DNA from: Octopus sinensis
Taxonomy: Eukaryota
NCBI RefSeq assembly: GCF_006345805.1
Contig: NC_043010.1
Span: 41,292,001-41,356,000 of the forward strand
Reading direction: 5' to 3'
Length of the DNA stretch: 64,000 bases
Positions 10,985 to 23,494 of the stretch are shown in pieces. The position numbers were made by a program, and so were the translations under genes. Each line of letters begins with the position of its first letter. Position 1 is the stretch's first letter. The notes beneath the pieces are model-generated. The model searched no databases, was not told where the DNA came from, and worked only from the letters and a program-made list of their open reading frames with translations.

Positions 10985-11715
10985 ATATAATCTTCACTCA
11001 TCTAAAATGCTGTTGTCTCTAGCACACTGTTAAAATTCCACATCTTATATTTCTTACTTTCTAGCACTTTACTAGGTTCATGTTCATTCTACTTATCAAT
11101 ATGGTCAAATCCTGGCTTTATACATAACTCTCAATGGATTATTCTCACTAGGTTATCATGTGTTTTGTATTTTTTCTGTGCCAGCATACTACATTCTCTA
11201 ATTATATGAGTAATACTTTCCTCTTTTGATTTACATAAGCTACATTGGGAATCTACCTGATTTTTGTCTATTTTGGGTTTTATCCAGTTAGTCCTTGATG
11301 CCTGATCTTATGCTGCTACTGAGAAGCTTTCTGTCTCCCTTTTCAGCCATCCTTTCTGCAACCACAACCATGTCTCACTATTACTATTTTCTGTAACTAT
11401 CTTTGGAAATCTACTATGAAAAGCATAATTGTTAATTCATACGATTATGGTTGGATATGGATTTGAGGTCACAGCCCAATTGTTGCATTCCCAGACTAAT
11501 AATGGAAGGCATTGCAGATGTGACCATCATGTAGAATATGACTTGAAGACAATTTGACTGCACAAAGGCAATCATCTCGTTGAATTGTTAGTTTCTTGAA
11601 TATGTTGGTACATATCATGCACTTACTCAGATTTCCCCTGGCACTGATTTATATGTTGGTACATAATTGGTTTGTTGTAGATGATGTTATTACTTTTTTT
11701 GTCTTCATTTGCCAG

Positions 11716-11772
11716 AAAATAATAGATACCATGGAGAAATTTATGAAAAAACATGGAATAAAATATTTCTAA
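11716..11772 (+). CDS. FANK1: FANK1-like copy A, last coding exon (KIIDTMEKFMKKHGIKYF*)
   Basis: cttcatttgccAG acceptor, phase 0, TAA at 11770-11772; paralogous to 50039-50098. Confidence 0.75.
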   Translation, partial: KIIDTMEKFMKKHGIKYF

Positions 11773-11892
11773 GGAGTGAAGCAGTAGTGTTAAAATGGCA
11801 TTAATTGAGGTATGTACCTGTTTGCATATTCTTAGACATTTCTTTCTTGGAACTTCTAACCCTTATTTCCATCTCTTAATTTATAAAATATA

Positions 11893-12230
11893 CTCCATGG
11901 CTCAGTGGTTAGAGCGTTGAGCTTACGATCGTGAGGTTGTGAGCTTGAATCCCGGACCGGGCTGTGTCTTGTGTTCTTGAGCAAGACACTTTATTTCATG
12001 TTGTTCCAGTTTTCTCAGCTGTAGAAATGAGTTGCGACATCACTGGTGCCAAGCTGTATCGGCCTTTACCTTTCCCTTGGATAACACTTGTGGCATGGAG
12101 AGGGGAGGCCAGTATGCATGGGTGACTGCCGGTCTTCCATAAACAACCTTGCCCGGACTGGTGCCTGGGAGTACCTAACTTTCTAGATGCAATCCCATGG
12201 TCTGTGTCGTGACCGAAGGGGGTCTCAGAC
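11893..12230 (+). mobile_element. tRNA-derived SINE (head GCTCAGTGGTTAGAGC, core CTTGAGCAAGACACTTTATTTC)
   Basis: A/B-box-like head; same head type in reverse at 22250-22540. Confidence 0.75.
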
Positions 12231-12989
12231 TCCATTCCTTAATTCTTGTATTCTTATTTGCATACCTGGTAACCCTGGTTGCTCACCGTAAAATATAAAA
12301 AAAAATTTTTTTTTTCAGCTTATCCATATTTCTCATCATCGTTTAACGTCTGTTTTCCATGTTAGCATGGGTTGGATGGTTTGACCGGGGTCTGGGAATT
12401 CAGAAGGCTGCACCAAGCTCCAGTCTGATCTGGCAGTGTTTCTATAGCTGGATGCCCTTCCTAACGCCAACCACTCCATGAGTGTAGTGGGTGCTTTTTA
12501 CGTGCCACCGGCACAGGTGCCAGGCAAGGCTGGCTACAGCCACGATCGGTTGGTGCTTTTTACGTGCCACCGGCATGGAAGCCAGTCAAGGTGGCACTGG
12601 CATTGGCCATGTTGGGATGGTGCTTTTTATGTGCCTCCCAAGCCAACTAATGTTGGTCTGGGACTATGCATGCATAGGTACACACACACACACACACACA
12701 CATACACACAGAAGATGCTGGGCTAAATTTGAAGATTGTTTTTTCTTCATGTCTCCATTTTTCAAGACAGCTTCATGTATTGGTGAACCATGAAAGGTGT
12801 TGGAAAGCATAAAGATTAAATTTGTAGTTGACAAAAAAGTTAGCTGACATGGAAACCATCTGAATACTGGAAAAGAGTTACTTGTATCATGATGATTCAT
12901 ACTGGACACCAAAATGCCAGCACCACAACTGCTGCTCAATGCCCTGTGAACACTGTAAAGGCTGTAAGGCACGACATGAATATCATGAA

Positions 12990-13455
12990 AACTAAGTTCC
13001 CAAAAGCTGTGATTATTTTTGGGGTGTGTCTCCAATGAGAGCAACATTATGCCACTCTATATCTTTGAACAGGGCGTTAGGCTCAATTCAGATGGCTATG
13101 TGAAACTGCTGGAGACTGTAGTCAAACTCTAGCAGGAGAGAGTTACTGCTGGAAGGCCACATGTGTAGCAGAAGGGTTCAGCTCCTTGTCATACTCCAGA
13201 AAGAGTCAGTAGTGGTTGTCAGAAAATTTTTACAACTTTACCAGCCCCAATTTCTGGCCTCGTAATTCCCTCGATTGTAATCCCATGGATTACTATGTGT
13301 GGGGCTTAGTTGAGAAAAACACGAAGGCCAAGCTGATGGTTAAGATCAAGGATGTGCTCAAAGATCTTCCAAGGGACATAGTGAGGGATGCATGCACCCG
13401 GTTCCAGAGTTGTCTTGAAGTTATGATGGAAGCTGAGGGCAGGTACTTTGAGTAA
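12990..13455 (+). mobile_element. Tc1/mariner-superfamily (maT/DD37D-like) transposase remnant
   Basis: Decayed translation ...QKGSAPCH...WLSENF...FWPRNSLDCNPMDYYVWG matches the QQDSAPCH / WPPNSPDLNPMDY motifs; stops present. Confidence 0.75.
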
Positions 13456-14699
13456 AGTGTTTTTTCCTCACCATAATTTAGTTGATGTTTTTTGATATTT
13501 TAAAATACTTTTAGGTTGGTATCTTGAAATTGCTCTCTGTATGGAAAGAAATACTTGAAATTTCCTACTGTTGCTTTGAAAATGTATTTTTTGATTATTC
13601 ATAAACCTAATTTTTTTTCTAATTTATCAGAATTGTAATGGTAATAAACTCAACAAGCTGGACATGCATTCAAAGAGACTTTTCTTTTCATTCACGATCT
13701 CTGTATGTCTTCATATAATGGATTGAATCAACTCTTGCCCATTTGCCTGCAGTCACAGAATCTATTTGACATGGATTAAATTGTTAGATCTGTCCAAACA
13801 ATGTGTGTCACTGAATCTTCCAGTTTTAATGGCATCAAGTTTTGTATATTTTTGTTTTCTCAACTTCAGCCAGCAGAAGCAGACAATATTTGTGTAACAA
13901 CTTATGTATTTTTATCATCTGAAAATTCTAGCCTATTCCAAAAGAACTGTTATGATAAAGTTATTTTCCTCACCAATAAACTGTCATATACAAAATAAAA
14001 TTATTATTATTATTATCCAATTGATTTGCATTTTATTTCATCTTACAACCAGGTCTCAACCAGAGACCTATGGCACATATATATTAGATGGAGAGAAACT
14101 TCTTTAGAATGTGGGTTGATGTCAATACAATTTCTTGAGTCTCATAGATTGTTGGTTTCCCAGGGATATGGTCGAAAAATTTGTCACAACCTTCTTGATC
14201 ATTCTCAGGGCACCCACACCCACAACAATAGGGATGGTTTGGGTTTTTAATTACCACATCCAAGATATCTCAAGCTCATCATCATCATCATTTAACGTCC
14301 ATTTTCCATGCTAGCATGGGTTGGACGGTTCGACCGGGGTCTGGTAAGCCATGGAGGCTGCACCAGGCTCTAGTCTGATTTGGCAGTGTTTCTACAGCTG
14401 GATGCCCTTCCTAACGCCAACCATTCCGTGAGTGTAGTGGGTGTTTTTTACAGGCCACCGGCACAGGGGCCAGAGCAGGCTGGCAAAAGGCCATGATCGG
14501 TTGGTGCTTTTACGTATCACCGACATGGATGCCAGTCAGGCAGCGCTAGTATCTGCCACATTCGGACAGTGCTTTTTACGTGTCACCGGTACGGGTGTCT
14601 TAACTAAGTCTTTCAAATTCCTTTACTGAGATGTTTCTAACAGAAGGCATTGTCATATCGAGAAACAGGCATGTCTTTTATCTTACTCTTTGATGACAA

Positions 14700-14950
14700 T
14701 GTCTGGTCTGTTAGCATGCATTTATTTGCTTGTGTGTATGTATCTCATAATCCAATAGGATGGTAACATTCTCTCCCTCGGTGATTGGCTCTGGATGGTG
14801 TTCATACAAGTTCTTAGGGTGTAGGATATCAGTGACAGCATATGCTCCAGTGCAAGTATTAGCCAATTCAATCATACCTGGTTTTATATTCTGTAAGACA
14901 AGGGCTGAGCAACCAGCAACAATGCAGTCAATACTCAGATTTGGCATTGC
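14700..14950 (-). mobile_element. R4/NeSL-like (RLE-type) non-LTR retrotransposon C-terminal remnant
   Basis: SIDCIVAGC...YEHHPEPITEGENVTILLDYEIHTHKQI resembles the zinc finger to RLE linker. Confidence 0.6.
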
Positions 14951-15573
14951 AGAGTCTATTATTATTATTAAGATGATATTGCAGAATTATTAGTGTGTTA
15001 GATAAAATGTATAGTGGCATTTCATCCATTTTTATGTTCTTAATTCAAATCCCACTACAGTGAAATTTGTCTTTCATCCTTTTGGGCTCAGTGAAATAAG
15101 TACCAGTTGAGCACTGGCTTCTTTCAGTTTCTGTCTACCAAATCCACTCACAAGGCTTTGGTCGGCCCAAGACACTTGTCCAAGGTGCCACACAGTGGGA
15201 ACGAACCCAGAACCATGTGGTTGGTAAGCAAGCTACTTACCACACAGTCACTCCTGCGCCTATTAAAAGAATTTTAAATCGTTTTTTTTTAATTTTTAAC
15301 GTTGTTTGGTTCCTCTCAGAAGTGTTTACACTAATTTGACCAAAAGGACAATATATATATATACGTATGTATATGTATATAGATAGATTGATTAGATAGA
15401 CAGACAGACAGATGACATGTGTCAATGAATGTTCTGCTAACCAAAAGTATTGACCAACCAGAAATAGTTTTGCTGAGTCGCTGTGCAATGGCATCAAACC
15501 CAGAACCACATGATTGATGCAAATTTCTTGGCACAAAAGACATTATATACACATTTTATACAGCAACATTGTG

Positions 15574-15965
15574 GGAGTGCAATGGCCCAGTGGTTAGGGC
15601 AGCGGACTCGCGGTCGGAGGACCGCGGTTTCAATTCCCAGATCGGGCGTTGTGTGTGTTTATTGAGCAAAAACACCTAAAGCTCCACGAGGCTCTGGCAG
15701 GGGGTGGTGGCGACGCCTGTTGTACTCTTTCATCCCAACTTCCTCTCACTCTTTTTTCCTGTTTCTTGTCCCCGAATTCCTACGCAACCGCTGAGCCTGG
15801 ATGCGCATTCATCCATCTGTCGATGCTCTCGGTATCAGGGGTTAACCTGCTTTCTCTTCTGCGAGTCTTATGAATAGCAAAGGACCACAATTCAGACTTC
15901 TCCTGCTGCAAGCTCTGGGACGAAGACTGCTTCGCTCAGCAGGAACAGAAACAGCAACATCACAA
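15574..15965 (+). mobile_element. tRNA-derived SINE family C with tail type Y
   Basis: Head GCAATGGCCCAGTGGTTAGGGCAGCGGACTCGCGG; same head plus tail at 39610-39990(-) and 46840-47195(-). Confidence 0.8.
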
Positions 15966-16278
15966 TTGAAAGACAAGAGTATAATGATGATTAATTATTT
16001 CCATTTATTAATCACTTTTGATTCAAACTTTGTATGAATAACTTGAGAATATTTTTATATTTTTAAATAATATATGCTTTTACAAGAAAATTTTAATTAG
16101 TATCGTACAATCGTTGACAGGTTTAATAAATCCACAAAAACGAGCTTCACTTAATTTATGAACATTTTAGGAAAGGTATGTTACTGGAGGTATACTGAAA
16201 CAGTCAGAAGAATAAATCAAAGAATCCATCAAGCAAGAGAATCTGAATGCTGCAGAGACCATCACAGCTTCTGCTTTT

Positions 16279-16711
16279 GGATCTTTTCGGTTTGAACGGC
16301 AGTTTTTTAAAATAATTTCCAAGTCACTAAACACTTTTTAACTTCATATACTGGTAGAATGTGTTTATAAAACATCTTTTTCTCTTGGCTTTATTGAGAA
16401 AATTCTATAGTTTGTAAGATATTTGTTGTTTTTTTTTCTTCAATTTCTGCAATTTCAACCAATCAATGACGTCTATTGAGGTAAAAACATTCTGTGCCGT
16501 ATGAATATGTCTCTCGTTTAAGAAACAGATTGGGTTTATTTACATTTGTGAAGAAAAAAAGATACCCTTTCCCCACCCCTAACCCTAACCCTAACTAACC
16601 CTAACCCTAAAACAGATTGAAATGCAATAGATCGATACTAGGGTCATAATTATGGGTGACAATTTCATATGACACTGCTAGAAAAAACTGCCGTTCAAAC
16701 CGAAAAGATCC
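16279..16711. mobile_element. GG-terminal MITE, copy 2 (no TSD recognised)
   Basis: Both TIRs present; internal sequence nearly identical to 7751-8166. Confidence 0.85.
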
Positions 16712-17164
16712 GAAAGAGGTACATGTAGGGCTGGAAGAAAGAGGAGGAATTTGAACTTAGAACGTAAAGACGGACGAAATGCCGCTAAGCACTTTGCCCG
16801 GCGTGCAAACAACTGTCAGAATAATAAAGACGTTTAAAAAGAGTTTCTAACCCATGCACATATATATTAAGAGAGCAAACGAGAGAGAGAGAGAGAGAGA
16901 TGTGTGTGTTTATATATGTATATGTGTCAGTGAGTATGTATACATACGTAATAAACCTCGTGCATGCTTTCTCTAAAAACAGCGTCTTGGTTGCGGTTTT
17001 TCTGAGTTCATTTCGTTGTCAACTGCCAGTTTATATGCTCGGTTGACATTTTATTTTGCTTTTGGCCCATGAGTACCCGCCTTTCCATGAGTGAAAGGGG
17101 ACTAGTAATTATCATCTCGATCACTCACTCTTCATAAATATATGTATTCATTATATACCCTGTA

Positions 17165-17174
17165 ATGCCAACGA
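17165..17174 (+). CDS. FANK1: Tentative first coding exon of FANK1-like copy B (ATG CCA ACG A|gtaggt)
   Basis: Phase 1 donor GTAGGT fits the phase of 21429; follows a relatively CpG-containing unique stretch. Other candidates cannot be excluded. Confidence 0.3.
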
Positions 17175-17239
17175 GTAGGTAGAATTTATATTTTTGTTTT
17201 GTTTATATTTAATTAATGTTTCCTTTTTTGTTTACGTTT

Positions 17240-17376
17240 GGCGGAGGTAAAGAATACGTTCACCACCCGTTTTCGGCGTAACAAAAACTCTGACCCTAAT
17301 CCTCACCCTAAACCTTAACCCTAACCCTAAACCTTAATCCTAAACACCGGGTGTACGTATTTGTTTTACTTTCGCC
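17240..17376. mobile_element. Short GG-terminal MITE with degenerate CCCTAA array
   Basis: GGCGGAGGTAAAGAATACGT versus ACGTATTTGTTTTACTTTCGCC imperfect TIRs enclosing about 7 CCCTAA-like units. Confidence 0.6.
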
Positions 17377-18019
17377 TTTTATTTACGCTTTTGTTTTTTT
17401 TTTTGTTTTTGTTCTTTTTTTTTTAGTGGGGGAAAACGAGCTAAGAAGGGAGTTTCTATGAATGAATTCGTTCGACCTTCCAGAAATAGGAACTAAATCT
17501 CAAGTATATCTTATCGTTTTAAAAAAAATATGGACTCGCTGGATAATATAATGCTCGATGCACTGTCTGGAAAAGGAAAGGATCGTCACGGCTGTAATGC
17601 TTTTTTCGATCAATACTTTCTTGCCTAATCTAAAATATCACGGATCAGGACGCCTACTTAAGTTGGATTTTTTCCGCTTTGAAGGGAATTTTTCCAATTT
17701 ATTTTTCACTACACCCTGGGTTTCTTATCGCGAGCCACTTTGAATATTTTCATGGAATAATTTGAACGTAATAAAATCATTGAAATTAAACCAAAAGAGC
17801 CTAATTGAAATATCAAATAAGGCAAGTTAACAGAAAGCAATAATAAGTTAATGCATGAACGACTTCAATAGGTTTTTGATTCACAAGGATTTGTGTATCC
17901 CCTTGCCCACTGGATTGCATCTCCTTTGTTTTCTCGGAGCAGATCCTAAGACCATCCTTTCCCGCTTCTTCAGCCATTAGACTCCTGGCATAGGCCACAG
18001 GTTATGGTCTCACTTGGCT

Positions 18020-19375
18020 TGCTGGGTCTTCTCAAGCACAGCATATTTCCAAAGGTCTCAGTCACTAGTTATTGCCTTGGTCGTGTTTCACCACCTCATC
18101 CCAGGTTTTCCTGGGTCTACCTCTTCCACAGTTTCCCTCAACCACTAGGATGTGGCACTTTTTCACACAGCTATCCTCATCCATTCTCACCACATGACCA
18201 TACCAGCATTGTCGTCTCTTTTGCACACCACATCTGATGCTTCTTAGGTCCAACTTTTCTCTCAAGGTACTTACACTCTGTTGGGTACGCACACTGACAT
18301 TACACATCCATCAGAGCATACTGGCTTCATTCCTTGCGAGCTTACACATGTCCTCAGCAGTCACAGCCCATGTTTCACTGCCATGTAGTATGGCTGTTCA
18401 TACACATGCATCATATAGTCTACCTTTTACTCTGAGTGAGAGGCCCTTTGTCACCAGCAGAGGAAAGAGCTCTCTGAACTTTGCCCAGGCTATTCTTATT
18501 CTAGCAGCTACACTTTCAGCGCACCCTCCCCTGCTACTGACTTGGTCACCTAGGTAATGGAAGCTATCAACTACTTCTCCCTGGAAACTGGCGGAAGTTG
18601 TTCTCAGCACATTTTCAGTGTTTATTGCTCCTGAGCATCTGCCACATACAAAAACTATCTTCCCAGTTAGCCTTCATTCGGTATTGCTGCACCTCTTTTA
18701 TGTCCCTAGCTTACATGGGGTACATCTTATAGAGATTCTACCTACGCCTTTTCTACAGATTGAGCGGGACCATCTACCAGAAGAGATTTGTGATTTGCTC
18801 ACCTTCCTACTTAATAAGGCTTTAGTTTTTGCTAGGTTAACTCTAAGGCACTTCGATTCTAGACCTTGCTTCCACACATGAAACTTCTCTAGTTCTGGTA
18901 GTGACTCTGTTATTAGAGCAAAGGTCATCAGCATAGAGGAAGACCTAGGGGCAGCCTGTCTTGAATTCCTCTGTTATTAGCTCTGAAGTAAATAATTCCT
19001 CTGAAGTAAATTCCTCTGCTATTGCCTGGAGGATTATGATAAACAAGAGGGGGCTAAGAACTGATCCTTAATGAACCCCTACTTCTACCCGGAATTCTTT
19101 GCTATACTTATTGCCAACCATCACCTTACTGACAGCATCCCTGTACATGGCTTGTACAGCTCTCGCCAACACCTCATCTATCCCTAGTTTCCGCATTGAC
19201 CACCAGATAAGGGATGAGGGGACCATGTCAAAGGCTTTCTCCATGTCAACAAAAGCCAAGTACAGATGTTTATTTTCAGCTAGGAATTTCTTCTGCAGTT
19301 TTCTTACTAAAAATATAGCATCAGTGGTGCTTCTCCCTGGCACAAACTCAAACTGCATCTCATCTAAACTAGCAC
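18020..19375 (-). mobile_element. RTE-clade LINE, decayed reverse transcriptase and C-terminus
   Basis: GRSTTDAIFLVRKLQ...LAFVDMEKAFD; HYLGDQVS...ARIRIAWAKFREL; GRPRKTW; frameshifted across several ORFs. Confidence 0.9.
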
Positions 19376-19608
19376 AGACCCAAACTGCTTATATATAAAT
19401 ATTTGCTTTTCATTCAGTCATAATAAAAACAATTTTACATTGTTTTGAAAGGTTACTCCTTTTATTGAGTACAAATTTAATATTCTTTAAAAAGAACAGC
19501 ACTGACAGTGACTTTGAAGTTTTGGCCAGCTAAGCCATCATTGGTCTGTGATGCATACCTGCATTCTGATGATGGGTTAGTTAGCTGGCCAAAACTTCAA
19601 ATTCACCA

Positions 19609-19671
<63 letters not shown>

Positions 19672-20160
19672 CATCATCGGCCACGATCGGTTGGACCTTT
19701 TAACGTGCCAGCGGCACGGAAGCCAGCCAAGGCAGCACTGGCAACGTTCGGATGGTGCTTTTTATGTGCCACCGGCACAGAAGCCAGTCGGAGTGGTGCT
19801 GGCATCGGCCACGTTTGGATAGTGCTTTTTATGTGCCACCGGCACAGGCATCACAACTACTATGTCCATTGATATTTATTTCGACGTTCATGTTCATGTT
19901 CATGTATATATATATATATATATTATATATATATATTTATGTATACAAGCAATAATAAATCTCTGAGCAAGGTATAAACAGTAGCTGCAACACATTGTGA
20001 AGTATATTTGCCACTTAAATGTGACTAACCACTAAGGGTGGATGCTACTGTAGCTTGTAGCCTCAGGAGGACACCTCCTTCAGCTGGCTATTGGTGCACT
20101 TTCTGTGCCCTGTCAATACTTGCAAAGGGAAGCCATCCTCCCCATCTTCAACCTATGATA

Positions 20161-20205
20161 CATACGAACTCGAGTTTCTGGGTATTGACTCGTCATCAGC
20201 GTGTG
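20161..20205 (-). ncRNA. Degenerate minimal type I hammerhead ribozyme-like motif
   Basis: Minus strand reads CACACG-CTGATGA-cgagtcaataccca-GAA-ACTCGAGT-T-CGTATG; canonical core, palindromic stem III, mismatches in stems I and II. Confidence 0.45.
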
Positions 20206-20229
20206 ACAATCACGAGTTGTCAATGAAAA

Positions 20230-20271
<42 letters not shown>

Positions 20272-20650
20272 GCATATTTTTATCAGGTGGTTGTACTGCT
20301 TGTACAGATTCCCATGACTCTCTGTGACCATCTTTAAACTGGGACCTTAAAGTCATAGTGTATCTTTCATTAGCTGATTACACAACCATAAATACTGCCC
20401 CTGTGGATTACATTGCAATTGCTCTCTTGATAGAGCTTGGTAATCTTGACTGTTGATCTTCTAGGATTCTTCTACTCAGTACAATGTAAGAAGTACCACC
20501 TAGCATCATTATAAGAAGCACCATTCACCATCAATATAAGAAGCACTCTGTTAAGCTCTTCCACTACCTCTTCTTAATCTACAATGCTGCAGTCCCATGA
20601 CTTTGCAGTATCCCCAGCAGTGTGGCTGAGCGGGTGGTATGCCTTGCCAA

Positions 20651-21066
20651 AGGCGGCGAGCTGGCAGAAATGTTAGCATGCCGGGCGAAATGCTTAGCGG
20701 TATTTCGTCTGCCGTTATGTTCTGAGTTCAAATTCCGTCGAGGTTGACTTTGCCTTTCATCCTTTCGGGGTCGATTAAATAAGTACCAGTTGCACACTGG
20801 AGTGGATGTAATCGACTTAATCCGTTTGTCTGTCCTTGTTTGTCCCCTCTGTGTTTAGCCCCTTGCGGGTAGTAAAGAAATAGGTATTTCGTCTGCTGTT
20901 ACATTCTGAGTTCAAATTCCGTCGAGGTCGACTTTGCCTTTCATCCTTGCGGGATCGATTAAATAAGTACCAGTTACACACTGGGGTGGATGTAATCGAC
21001 TTAATCCGTTTGTCTGTCCTTGTTTGTCCCCTCTGTGTTTAGCCCCTTGTGGGTAGTAAAGAAATA
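20651..21066 (+). mobile_element. SINE family B dimer with TSD
   Basis: GGTATGCCTTGCCAAAG on both flanks (from 20636 and from 21067). Confidence 0.88.
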
Positions 21067-21428
21067 GGTATGCCTTGCCAAAGGGCAACCCATAATTATG
21101 CAGAACATAGTCATCACTTCAGAAGGTATTTTCAAAGTACTAGCATAGCCAGACACACACATACAAAGTATCAATAAAATAATGCTGGAAAAATACACCA
21201 TTTGTGGCCTCATACCTCTGTTAGAAATTATTTTTATTCTTAGTTTAAACTCTTCAAATACTGACTTTGCTTTTCAGCCCTATAAGTTTGATAGAACAAG
21301 TTTCACTGATGCATTTTAGGTGAGGTTGGAGGTGGCTAGTACAGGTACTAATAAAGTTATCCATACAATTTTGTGTTTATTTCTACCATCCTAATTTTAA
21401 CTTTAAATTTTTTTTTCTACCTGATCAG

Positions 21429-21612
21429 ATAAAATTTCGGTCGCAGATCCTGATGTGACTTCTTCAAACCATTATTCTGTACATCTTGATTGGTCTTCTT
21501 CTCTGCTCCAGTTCAAATACCACATTCTAAATGAAACTGAGAGAATCTACACCATTGCACAGCAATGTGAAGGTCATATTGAACATGAAGATGGCTGGAA
21601 AAATGTATATAT
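21429..21612 (+). CDS. FANK1: FANK1-like copy B, FN3 exon (KISVADPDVTSSNHYSVHLDWSS...WKNVY)
   Basis: Pyrimidine tract plus gatcAG; GTATGT donor; 184 bp open, phase 1-2; FN3 N-terminal strands with conserved W. Confidence 0.8.
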
Positions 21613-22249
21613 GTATGTACACTAATATGTGCTGATTTATCTAGTAGGATAGTTAACTTTAAAATTTAAAGACGATTTCATTTATATGAAAATAGTTATT
21701 GCTGTTGTTTAATCCAGTTTAACCTTGATCTAGGAGACATATAATCAAAGACATTCCAGCTGTGACATTCCTGTTTTTTTTTATTCTTACAGAGTGTATT
21801 TATGTTAATATTCTCTAATGTGTCTTTCTTTGTCAGACCTGATTCAGTAACCTTATTATTAAAGACATTCTAGTTTGAACAATCTGTGTTTTATTTAATG
21901 TGATTTTCCATTTTTTTTAAGATGATAGGATGTAAGATGAAATAAATTTGGCTGCTATTGAGCAGATGCATAAATGATTCTATATTCCTTCTCTCCATTG
22001 ATGAAATTGCATTACTGCTGACCTTAATCAAATAGTACTGTTCAGTCAAGGTCAGCTGCACATTAAACATTACTGAAAACAATATAATCTATTGAGTGTA
22101 ACTTTTATTGCTTTTTGCTGATGTGGTATAAATTAGATACAGTGGCTCTGAAGTTAAGGTGATTCACAACTGATTGCATAGCCACATGTCCAAATCTTAT
22201 TCCATATGGAAGCACTAAAGACTCCGCCGGTTACGACGACGAGGGTCCT

Positions 22250-22540
22250 AGCTGATACGATCAACGGAACAGCTTGCTCGTGAAATTAACGTGCAAATGG
22301 CTGAGCATTCCACAGACACGTGTACCCTTAACGTAGTTCTCGGGGATAATCAGCGTGACACAGAGAGTGACAAGGCTGACCCTTTGAAATACAAGTACAA
22401 CTCATTTTTGCCAGCTGAGTGGACTGGAGCAACGTGAAATAAAGTGTCTTGCTCAAGGACACAACGCGTCGCCGGGAATCGAACTCACAACCTTACGATC
22501 ATGAGCCGAATGCCCTAACCACTAAGCCACGCGCCCTCAC
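22250..22540 (-). mobile_element. tRNA-derived SINE (head as at 11893) with tail type X
   Basis: Tail GGGTACACGTGTCTGTGG...GTCGTCGTAACCG shared with 39003-39385 and 46265-46665. Confidence 0.78.
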
Positions 22541-23363
22541 CTTATTCCATATAGATGCTAATCATTTACTTTCATCAACTGAATGATTTTCTGATAACAG
22601 TCTTCACAGCAAAACTAAGTATATTTACATGCACTCTGATATACAGTGTGGTACAATATATGGTTAAGCTTTGCATGTATCAGAATATATTTTTTAGGAG
22701 TTTGTGCCTAAATTAGAGAATATGGTATTTTATACCAAGCCTGAAGACAGTTTTTACAAAGACTCAAAATTACTAGAAGCTAGTTTTTTATCACCAAATT
22801 TTCTCCACAACAAGACTTAATATATTTACATACCTACAATAAACATCTGCTGTAACCATGCCATCTTTCCTGGAGGTTTGCATCCAGAGCTTGGACATCC
22901 GGTATATTCATCTATTTTTAAGACAGTAGGATAAAACTTGGAGCAAATCTAAGAGCTGTTGCATGCACAGAATATATCATGTAATGTACTAGTAATAATA
23001 TTTAAAATCATAAAAGAAAATACAAACCTTATTTTAATTCACACTATAGAACTTACTCTAAGCCAAACTTTATTGTAGAGTGGATATAGTTGATGTTAGT
23101 AAATCACTGATACTTTTCTTAGTTGACACTGTGTAAAGATGGAAGGCAAGTTTGACAACCACAACATGTGAAGTCAGAGCTAAGATTAAATACTATTAAG
23201 TCTTATATCTAGCAGCCTACTATTTCTGCTAACTCATTGTTCCATCATCCTCTTGGTGTGGTATTGTCATAATTACTCAATGCACTACACTGGTGTGTAT
23301 GTGTGAGAGAGAAAGATGACAACCAAATAATAGACAAACTATATTATCTATCTTTTTTTACAG

Positions 23364-23491
23364 AGGATATGGTGAACATACAGTTGTGATGGATCTTAAT
23401 GCATGCAGTCAGTACATGTTTCGAGTTCGATTTCATCGAAGTGATGATGATTACACTTACTGGTCACCTCCAGCAAAAATCTTCACAGCCA
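23364..23491 (+). CDS. FANK1: FANK1-like copy B, FN3 exon (GYGEHTVVMDLNACSQYMFRVRFHRSDDDYTYWSPPAKIFTA)
   Basis: tttttacAG / GTAAGT; 128 bp, phase 2-1; FN3 L-x-P-x-x-x-Y-x-F-R-V-like motif. Confidence 0.88.
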
Positions 23492-23494
23492 GTA

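Noticed and set aside
11893-11960. tRNA gene (also heads at 15574, 34418, 39003, 46265)
   Set aside because: A/B-box-like heads run directly into SINE bodies and have no complete acceptor stem.
16180-16210. Hammerhead-like CTGGAGGTATACTGAAACAGTCAG
   Set aside because: Core does not match CUGANGA and stem I is unconvincing; at most a decayed relic.
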